Origin: Myxococcales bacterium
Lineage (GTDB): Bacteria > Myxococcota_A > Polyangia > Polyangiales > Polyangiaceae
DNA: 53,397 bases
Reading direction: 5' to 3'
NCBI GenBank assembly: GCA_043747615.1
Contig: JAYTOU010000062.1
Location: forward strand, 1 to 53,397
The notes beneath the pieces are model-generated. The model did not search any database. It saw only the letters and a program-made list of their open reading frames with translations, and had not been told where the DNA came from. How positions within the stretch are numbered: position 1 is the first letter of the stretch; each line of letters starts with the position of its first letter. The position numbers and the translations under genes were made by a program. Shown here one piece after another: positions 46,655-53,397 of the stretch.

Positions 46655-48700
46655 GTGAACACCATGATTCTCGATCTGCAACATGCGCAGGCCCGGATGG
46701 TCGACGTTCACCTCGCCCGTCGCGGAATCACCGATCCGAAAATCTTGGACGCGTTTCGAAGCGTTCCGCGGGAGGCGTTCGTCCCCGAGGAGCTTGCGGA
46801 GTTCGCCTACGAGGACACGCCTCTCTCCATCGGCAAAGGCCAGACGATTTCTCAGCCGTACATCGTCGCAGTCACGGTTCAGGCGCTGCGCTTGCGCGGC
46901 GGCGAACGCGTCCTGGAGGTCGGAGCGGGCTCTGGCTATGCGGCCGCGATCCTGGCTCGCATCGCGAAACGGGTCTACACGGTCGAGCGCGTCGCGTCCC
47001 TCGCGGACTCTGCGGCGGAGCGACTTGCCCGGCTCGGCTTCGCCAACGTCGAGGTGACGTGTGGTGACGGGACACTGGGATGGCCAGAGCACGCCCCGTA
47101 CGACGCGATTGCGGTGGCAGCTGGAGGCCCAAGGGTGCCGCAGGCCTTGCTCTCGCAGCTGGCGATCGGTGGATGTCTCGTCATACCGATCGGGTCCGAC
47201 GATTCGTCGCAGGTCTTGATGCGCGTCACCCGCGAGAGCGCCACCGAGTACCGGGAGGAGCCGCTCGGCAACGTTCGCTTCGTGCCGCTGATCGGGGAAG
47301 AGGGATGGGGCGAGGGCACGTCTTTGGCGAAGGAAGATTCGAAGCCCGTTGAGCCCAAGCAGATCATCCAGCCGCCGCACCGGAGTCGTGGAGCCGCCGG
47401 CCTCGCCACGCTCGTGCGGGAAGTGGCCGAGCCGATCGACGACATCGACAGCGCGTCCGTCGATGCACTCGTCGAGCGCATAGGAGATGCGCGACTCGTC
47501 CTCCTCGGTGAGGCCACCCACGGAACGAGCGAATTCTACCGGATGCGCGCACGCATCACGAGGGAGCTCATCGCTCGCCGCGGATTCCAGTTTGTCGCGG
47601 TGGAAGCCGATTGGCCCGACGCTGCGCGCATCGACGACTACGCGCTCGGGGCCCCGCGTCGATCGAAGCTCGATTTCACGCCGTTCACCCGCTTCCCCAC
47701 GTGGATGTGGCGCAACGAGGAGGTGCACGACTTCGTCGACTGGCTCCGCGCCTACAACGCCGATCGCCCGGAGCAGAAGGCAGGGTTCCATGGGCTCGAC
47801 CTCTACAGTCTCTTCACGTCGATCGCGGCCGTCCTCTCCTATCTCGACGAGATCGATCCTGCTGCCGCGGGAGCGGCGCGCCACCGGTACGGCACGCTGA
47901 CGCCGTGGCAAAAGGATCCTGCCGCCTACGGCAAGGCCGTTCTCGTCGGGCGTTACGCGAGCTCCGAGCAGGCGGTGGTGGCGATGCTTCGCGACATGCT
48001 CGCGCGGCGCGTTGACTACGCGCGAAAGGACGGCGAGCGGTTCTTCGACGCCGCCCAGAACGCGCGCGTCGTCGCCGACGCCGAGGGTTACTACCGCGCC
48101 ATGTACTACGGCTCGGCGATATCGTGGAATCTGCGCGACACCCACATGTTCGAAACCTTACGCTCGCTCCTCGGGTTCTACGGACCCGACTCCAAGGGGA
48201 TCGTCTGGGAGCACAACTCGCACGTGGGCGATGCATCCGCAACCGAGATGGGTGCACGCGGCGAGCACAACGTCGGCCAGTTGTGTCGAGCGCTTCTCGG
48301 CGAGCAGGCCTACATCATCGGGTTCGGCACGGATCACGGGACCGTCGCCGCAGCGTCCAACTGGGGCGAGCCGATGGAGCGGATGCGCGTCGTCCCGGCG
48401 CGTGAAGGAAGCTACGAGCGAATCTTTCACGACGCCGACATCCCTGCGTTCGCGCTGCACCTGCGAAAGCCGGCGCGACGCGTGCTCCGTGAGGAGCTCT
48501 CCTCGCCGCTTCTCGAGCGAGCCATCGGCGTCGTGTACCACCCGCAAACGGAGCTCCAGAGCCACTACTTCTACGCGAACCTGGCGCAGCAGTTCGACGA
48601 GTACATCTGGTTCGACAAGACGGGCGCCGTGCATCCGCTCGACGAGGCGCCAGGCGCGCGTTCGCGCGAGCTCCCCGCCACCTATCCGTTCGGAGTTTAG
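46655..48700 (+). CDS. pcm: protein-L-isoaspartate O-methyltransferase fused to an erythromycin-esterase-like domain
   Basis: GQTISQPY, LEVGAGSGY, APYDAI; then LGEATHGTSEFY, VEADWPD, WEHNSH, ERAIGV. Confidence 0.9.
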   Translation: MNTMILDLQHAQARMVDVHLARRGITDPKILDAFRSVPREAFVPEELAEFAYEDTPLSIGKGQTISQPYIVAVTVQALRLRGGERVLEVGAGSGYAAAILARIAKRVYTVERVASLADSAAERLARLGFANVEVTCGDGTLGWPEHAPYDAIAVAAGGPRVPQALLSQLAIGGCLVIPIGSDDSSQVLMRVTRESATEYREEPLGNVRFVPLIGEEGWGEGTSLAKEDSKPVEPKQIIQPPHRSRGAAGLATLVREVAEPIDDIDSASVDALVERIGDARLVLLGEATHGTSEFYRMRARITRELIARRGFQFVAVEADWPDAARIDDYALGAPRRSKLDFTPFTRFPTWMWRNEEVHDFVDWLRAYNADRPEQKAGFHGLDLYSLFTSIAAVLSYLDEIDPAAAGAARHRYGTLTPWQKDPAAYGKAVLVGRYASSEQAVVAMLRDMLARRVDYARKDGERFFDAAQNARVVADAEGYYRAMYYGSAISWNLRDTHMFETLRSLLGFYGPDSKGIVWEHNSHVGDASATEMGARGEHNVGQLCRALLGEQAYIIGFGTDHGTVAAASNWGEPMERMRVVPAREGSYERIFHDADIPAFALHLRKPARRVLREELSSPLLERAIGVVYHPQTELQSHYFYANLAQQFDEYIWFDKTGAVHPLDEAPGARSRELPATYPFGV

Positions 48701-49125
48701 GCAGCGCGATCTTCGAATGGTCGCGCGCGCAACCTGCGGCGACGCCCAACGATGCTCCGGAAACCGACGCCTATCGCCGTCACCAGGATCAAGCCTTCGG
48801 ACGTGAGCTTGATGGAGTCGTGTGAGGGGGTCATGTGGAAAATCGTCCGTGCAATGCGGACCGTGAACCACTCATCGTAAAGCGGGGTAGGTCCGCCGGA
48901 ACGAGGCCCCCGAAGCCAGCAAGCCCGCGCGAGCGTCGTAAGAAAGCACTCGCCAAGGAGCGCATGCGATATCTGGTTCGCGACGATGAAGCCGATGGCG
49001 TAGAACGTGTAGGCCCGCGTCAAACGGGGCCAGCGGTGCCAAAAGAGGAGGGGAAGTCCCAAGACCCACCCTGCCATCAGAAGCGCGTGAAGGAAGTCGA
49101 CGCAGGCGCCGAGGATCGGTCCCAT
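48697..49125 (-). CDS. membrane protein (DUF2784-like)
   Basis: DFLHALLM, GECFLTTLAR; three hydrophobic segments. Confidence 0.6.
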   Translation of the reverse strand: MGPILGACVDFLHALLMAGWVLGLPLLFWHRWPRLTRAYTFYAIGFIVANQISHALLGECFLTTLARACWLRGPRSGGPTPLYDEWFTVRIARTIFHMTPSHDSIKLTSEGLILVTAIGVGFRSIVGRRRRLRARPFEDRAA

Positions 49126-49137
49126 AGAGTCCCCGTA

Positions 49138-49153
49138 TGCAAGGCCGGATCCG
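49138..49153 (-). promoter_or_regulatory. sigma54 -24/-12 promoter
   Basis: Minus strand CGGATCCGGCCTTGCA; ATG 49125 is 14 nt after the -12 C. Confidence 0.55.
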
Positions 49154-49212
49154 AGGACCGCGCGGTACTTGCGGCGCTGGCGCGGGAACAACGGGTAGGG
49201 GATGCTGTCGAC

Positions 49213-50004
49213 GTGAGCCGGCGAACGCTTCTTGGCCTTCTTCTCGTGGTCGGCATCTTCGTCGTCGACGCACGGGCGATCGCGCGCTCCTACACCTTTC
49301 CAGTCTCCGACATCAGGGCCATCGAGACGTCGAAGGACGTCGAACGTCACACGCTCGTCGCTCGAGACGGCGTTGCCGTTAATGCTCTTGAGCTCCGAGC
49401 GCCCCTCGGCGCGCGGACGATCGTCCATTTCCACAACAATCGCGAGACGGCTGCGTCCCAGATCGAGATCGCGCGTGCATTTCACGCGCGAGGCCTCGGC
49501 GTCTTGCTCGTCGAGTACCGCGGGTACGGGGCTTCCCGCGGCACCGTGCCTTCCGAGGAGGGACTCTACCTCGACGCCGAATGCGCGCTCGACATGCTCG
49601 CAAAGCGTGGCGTTGGACCCGAACGCGTCGTTCTTTGGGGCACCTCACTTGGGACAGGCGTTGCTGCGGAGATGGCCCGCCGCGGCCGAGGTGCGCGTCT
49701 CGTTCTCGTGACTCCCTATACGTCGATCCCCGAGCTGGTAACCGACGTCGTCCCGATCGTTCCTGCCTGGATTCTCGTGCCGGATCACTTCGACACCCTC
49801 GCCAAGGCGGACGACATCCACACGCCGACCCTGGTGATCCATGGGGACGCCGACGAGATCGTGCCGTTTTCGATGGGGGAGCGCGTCGCCCGGGCGATTC
49901 ATGGCGCACGGATCGTGCGAATTGCGAGAGGCCATCACGGCGATCTCTTCGTGCGCGACGGAAAGCATTTGCTCGCTGAGATGGCGGCGTTCAGTACCGA
50001 CTGA
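49213..50004 (+). CDS. alpha/beta hydrolase (ABHD13/17-like)
   Basis: EYRGYGAS, GTSLG, IHGDADEIVP, GHHGD. Confidence 0.85.
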   Translation: MSRRTLLGLLLVVGIFVVDARAIARSYTFPVSDIRAIETSKDVERHTLVARDGVAVNALELRAPLGARTIVHFHNNRETAASQIEIARAFHARGLGVLLVEYRGYGASRGTVPSEEGLYLDAECALDMLAKRGVGPERVVLWGTSLGTGVAAEMARRGRGARLVLVTPYTSIPELVTDVVPIVPAWILVPDHFDTLAKADDIHTPTLVIHGDADEIVPFSMGERVARAIHGARIVRIARGHHGDLFVRDGKHLLAEMAAFSTD

Positions 50005-50061
50005 ACGACGGCGCTGCGATCAAAGAAACCCAGGGCGTGAATTGATAGGCCGTCGACACTG

Positions 50062-50077
50062 CGGCACGCCTGCTGCA
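50062..50077 (+). promoter_or_regulatory. sigma54 -24/-12 promoter
   Basis: CGGCACGCCTGCTGCA; ATG 50089 is 13 nt after the -12 C. Confidence 0.72.
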
Positions 50078-50088
50078 ACACGAGCGAC

Positions 50089-51162
50089 ATGATTCTCGAC
50101 CCACTCACCTTTCGAAATGGCATCCGCGCGCGCAATCGCACATGGCTCGCACCGATGACGAACCAACAGAGCGGTGAAGACGGCGCGCTCTCGGACGACG
50201 AGTTCGGGTGGCTCGAAATGCGTGCGCGAGGCGGCTTCGGTGTCGTCGAAACGTGCGCTGCGCACGTTGCCAAAGGCGCCCAGGGGTGGCCCGGTGAGCT
50301 GGGCGTCTACGACGATCATCTGCTTCCGGGACTCGAGCGCTTGGCGACCATGATCCGCGAAAGGGGTGCGCTCGGAATCGCGCAGCTGTTTCACGGGGGT
50401 CAACGCGCGCCTTCGTCAATCACCGGGGAGCAGCCATGGAGCGCGGTCGCCGGCGCGGCGCCGGGTGCGGAGCGGTCACGCGCAGCCACAGCCGAGGACA
50501 TCCGACGCGTGATCGCCCAGTTTCGCAACGCGGCGGTACGGACGCACAGCGCGGGCTTCGCCGGAGTCGAGCTGCATGGCGCACACGGATACCTCCTCTG
50601 CCAATTCCTGAGCGCGATGAATACGCGCACCGACGGTTGGGGTGGTTCGCTCGAAGGACGTGCCCGACTCGCACGCGAAGCGATGCGCGCGGTGCGGAGC
50701 GCGGTTCCCGAGCCGTTCGTCGTTGGGGTGCGCCTGTCTCCCGAAGACCATGGAAACGCGCGCGGGCTCGACCTCGACGAGTCCATTCAAGTCGCGCGGT
50801 GGCTCTGCGACGACGGCGCGGACTTCATCCATCTCTCGCTCTGGGACGGACGGAACAACACCAAGAAGCGGCCGACAGAGCACGCAATCCCGCTGTTCCG
50901 AGCGGCCCTGCCTCGCGACGTCGTCATCGTCGCCGCAGGTGGAGTGTGGACGCGCTCGGACGCGGAGACGCTTCTCGATAAGGGCGCTTCAGCCGTTGCA
51001 CTTGGACGCGTCGCGATCGGGAACCCGGAGTGGCCGTCGCGCGCTGCTGACCCACGCTGGGAGCCACGCCGACCGCCCTTCTCACTCGCCGAGCTTCGCG
51101 AGCGCGGATTGAATGCGAAGTTTGCGGAGTACATGCGCAACTGGCAGGGATTCGTCGCGTAG
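50089..51162 (+). CDS. NADH:flavin oxidoreductase (old yellow enzyme family)
   Basis: LAPMT, QLFHGG, VELHGAHGYLLCQFLS, NTRTDGWGG. Confidence 0.9.
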   Translation: MILDPLTFRNGIRARNRTWLAPMTNQQSGEDGALSDDEFGWLEMRARGGFGVVETCAAHVAKGAQGWPGELGVYDDHLLPGLERLATMIRERGALGIAQLFHGGQRAPSSITGEQPWSAVAGAAPGAERSRAATAEDIRRVIAQFRNAAVRTHSAGFAGVELHGAHGYLLCQFLSAMNTRTDGWGGSLEGRARLAREAMRAVRSAVPEPFVVGVRLSPEDHGNARGLDLDESIQVARWLCDDGADFIHLSLWDGRNNTKKRPTEHAIPLFRAALPRDVVIVAAGGVWTRSDAETLLDKGASAVALGRVAIGNPEWPSRAADPRWEPRRPPFSLAELRERGLNAKFAEYMRNWQGFVA

Positions 51163-51359
51163 TAAGCGCCTCCCGCGCTCGGCTCGGTTCGAGCAATGAA
51201 GGAAAGCACGGCGCAGCGGACGACCGAACTTGGTTGAACGCTCGCTTGCTGCGCCGCCGCGCAAGCTTTGCCGCCAGTCTGCGAAGCTGTTGCCGTCTGC
51301 TGAATCGGGCCACCATTGGCGGACTTCTTGCATGAGGCTCGAGGCAAATGGCCAACCTT

Positions 51360-51722
51360 GCCACGCGAATAGACGAGCCGAACCGCGCGCGTGCGCTCTC
51401 CGTTCGGCAATTGACCGTTGGCGGGCACAACGCGGGCGCGCAAGAAGCCCCCGCTCACCAGGTTCTCGAGCACGCGCCGCACCTGTCTCTCGGAGATGCC
51501 GGTCTGCGATGAGATCCGGCGCTGCGTTGGCCAGCCTTCGTCGTGGGCCGCAATGTGGACCTCGATCGCGTCGAGCACGAACCGCTCCGCCGTGCTCAGG
51601 CCCCATCGCGATTCGTCGTTGAGACGTTCGCGCTCGGCGGCCCAGTTCCTTTCGGGACGCCGTGTCGGCGACGGCGTTCTAGGATCGGTCCGAAGGGCGA
51701 CGACGTTTGCCTCAGAGTGCAC
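51360..51722 (-). pseudogene. truncated phage/plasmid-type replication initiator (N-terminal HTH); left boundary approximate
   Basis: LSTAERFVL..GWPTQRRISSQTGISERQVRRVLENLVSGGFL; the frame then runs antisense into the OYE gene. Confidence 0.65.
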
Positions 51723-51906
51723 GTCGGACCCCCGATCGTTTCTCGGTCGTGAGCCGACGGTGCGCCTTCCAGAGTTCCTGCCGGGCGCTGTCGAGCGCCG
51801 CGCGCGCGGTCTCGAGCTCACGCTGAAACTGAAGCGCGAGCGATCGCGTCTCGGCGAGTTGATCGCGAAGAACTTGAATCTCGGAGTCGTCCGGAAGCGA
51901 GCTCAC
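51712..51906 (-). CDS. small element-borne coiled-coil protein (64 aa)
   Basis: Conserved in the second element copy; overlaps the rep start; GTGA-coupled to the upstream ORF. Confidence 0.55.
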   Translation of the reverse strand: MSSLPDDSEIQVLRDQLAETRSLALQFQRELETARAALDSARQELWKAHRRLTTEKRSGVRRAL

Positions 51907-52173
51907 GGTCGCCTCCGTCGCGCACTCACGGTGGCCTTCGCACGCGGCGCGATCCCCGCGGACGCGTCCATCGACAGAGCGGCCAACGCCAGCCCGAGGG
52001 CCTCGGCAGCAATCCGAAGTGCAGCCGGATCCCCCACCGCAATCGCTCTCAGCGCCCCGACCAAAGTTGTCACGAGGTTGTCACGCGCCGCGGCATCCTC
52101 CGCCGAATTCTCTAATGATATCGAGGGCACGCCCGGCAGGACTCGAACCTGCGACCCGCGGCTTAGAAGGCCG
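51715..52173. repeat. element end homologous to 10821-11202, including the att core 52126-52173
   Basis: Direct comparison of the two segments. Confidence 0.9.
51903..52130 (-). CDS. ORF emerging from the att/tRNA 3' end (possible C-terminal part of an attP-spanning gene)
   Basis: VPSISL(E/K)NSA(E/Q)DA(A/S)ARDN(L/V)V conserved in both copies; stop coupled to the next GTG. Confidence 0.4.
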   Translation of the reverse strand: MPSISLENSAEDAAARDNLVTTLVGALRAIAVGDPAALRIAAEALGLALAALSMDASAGIAPRAKATVSARRRRP

Positions 52174-52201
52174 CTGCTCTATCCATCTGAGCTACGGGCG
52201 C
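52128..52201 (-). tRNA. tRNA-Arg (anticodon TCT), CCA not encoded
   Basis: GCGCCCG/CGGGCGT acceptor stem, TAGCTCAG D-arm, GCGGC-CTTCTAA-GCCGC anticodon arm, GGTTCGAGTCC T-arm. Confidence 0.95.
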
Positions 52202-52275
52202 GTGTAGCGCGGAGAATCTAGCTCAAACCCCGCGCTCGTGCGACGTCGTCGACCTACCAGCGCGGTCGCATCAGA

Positions 52276-53109
52276 TCATGCGTGCCAGTAGCTCTTCGGA
52301 TCATCGAGGCGCATGGCTGGCGGGGTCGTTCCGGGTACGCACGCGTAACGGGAAAAATCCGTGACTCCCATCGCGATGAGAACCTCCTCGTCGTAGACCG
52401 CCCGACCACTGGCGATCTTCGCTTGACCCGTGAGGAGGCCGAGCGTCGAGTCCACGATGACGGACGGCGCGCGCCATTGCGACGGCTCGCCGAGGTGATG
52501 CCCGATCGTGGCTTGGCTCTCGACCATCGTGACGGGCCACAGCGAGTGGACGAGGATCTTGTCGTCCTTCAGCTCTTCGGCGAGGCCTTCGGTGAGCATG
52601 GTCATCCCGAATTTCGAGATCATGTACGCAACGCGGCCCTTGGTGACTCCGGGGGTGACGGGTGGGGACATGTTTATGATGTGGCCGCCGCCCCGCTTTT
52701 TCATGTGCGGAATCGCGTGCGATGCGCAGAGGAACGACGCTCGCACGTTGACCTCGATCACGAGATCGAAACGCTTGGAGGGCGTGGCCTCGACCGGCGC
52801 CCAGAAGAGCGCGCCCGCGTTGTTGATGAGGATGTCGATGCCACCGAGCTCCTTCGCCGTCCTCTCGACGAGCTCGATGATCTGACTCTCGTGTCGCACG
52901 TCGGTCGGCTGGATGAAAGCCTTGCCTCCAGCCTTCTCGATCTCCTTCTTCACGTCCTCGAGCGTTCCCGGAAGCTTCGGATTCGGCTCAACGGTCTTCG
53001 AAGCGAGAACGACGCTCGCCCCCTCGGCAGCGAGGCGAATGGCGAGAGCTTTCCCGATGCCCCGGGATGCTCCGGTGACGATGGCGACCTTTCCTTCAAG
53101 CGCACGCAC
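52276..53109 (-). CDS. SDR family oxidoreductase (HSDL2-like), probably core genome
   Basis: TGASRGIG, NNAG, YMISK, SLWP; GGAGG before GTG 53109. Confidence 0.9.
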   Translation of the reverse strand: MRALEGKVAIVTGASRGIGKALAIRLAAEGASVVLASKTVEPNPKLPGTLEDVKKEIEKAGGKAFIQPTDVRHESQIIELVERTAKELGGIDILINNAGALFWAPVEATPSKRFDLVIEVNVRASFLCASHAIPHMKKRGGGHIINMSPPVTPGVTKGRVAYMISKFGMTMLTEGLAEELKDDKILVHSLWPVTMVESQATIGHHLGEPSQWRAPSVIVDSTLGLLTGQAKIASGRAVYDEEVLIAMGVTDFSRYACVPGTTPPAMRLDDPKSYWHA

Positions 53110-53397
53110 GATCGATACCTCCGTTTGTAGACAGCGGTAGTAACGTGGCGGGGCGTGGCTCAAAAGACAAAAGCAGCCTATTTTCGCAGCGACGCTCTCG
53201 CCGCGGCCCTCGACGAGGCCACAGTGGGCGATCGTAGGCATCTTTACGACCTCCTTAGCCGCTCCTCGTGGCTCCCTGGCAAGAACGCCAACATGCAACT
53301 CATGTGGGCCTTCGCCCAAGAGTGCTCCGATCGCGGTGTGAAGGGGGACGCTCTCGCGCTCGCCATGGCGTCGCTCGATGCCGACGAGGCCCCCGGC

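Larger units (their letters stand above)
11155..52173. mobile_element. ~41-kb tRNA-Arg-integrated genomic island (no integrase seen)
   Basis: Flanked by the 48-bp att direct repeat; HTH rep remnant at the tRNA end; DUF4238 and hsdR remnants at the far end; mosaic cargo. Confidence 0.85.

Noticed and set aside
45878..48145. 755-aa minus-strand ORF and similar long antisense ORFs
   Set aside because: Shadows of well-supported genes on the other strand, expected in GC-rich DNA.

Overview
GC-rich bacterial window; the Cys-rich lipoproteins and many sigma54 promoters suggest Myxococcota, but this is inference. An intact tRNA-Arg(TCT) at 52128-52201 (-) and an exact 48-bp copy of its 3' half at 11155-11202 bound a ~41-kb genomic island with no recognisable integrase. 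Homology extends ~0.4 kb beyond both att copies, so 1-11.2 kb probably belongs to a second, related island in tandem. The cargo is stress/dormancy and energy genes: USP, CBS, hemerythrin-like, aeRF1-like, P-type ATPases, an Ehr (Ni-less hydrogenase-4-like) complex, PEPCK, IDH, GDH, Mla ABC, a PCM-esterase fusion and OYE, plus many gene fragments. Two things stand out. (1) About 20 sigma54 -24/-12 boxes, 14 of them only 13-17 nt upstream of a start codon, which suggests a leaderless sigma54 regulon. (2) A candidate undescribed signalling cluster (21.9-32.9 kb): a sigma54 activator with no sensor domain, two pseudo-receivers, two PAS proteins ending in an H-box-less DHp-like hairpin with no ATPase domain, and three intact plus one truncated paralog of one uncharacterised SAM methyltransferase family. 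All family calls come from motif recognition by eye; no database search was run.
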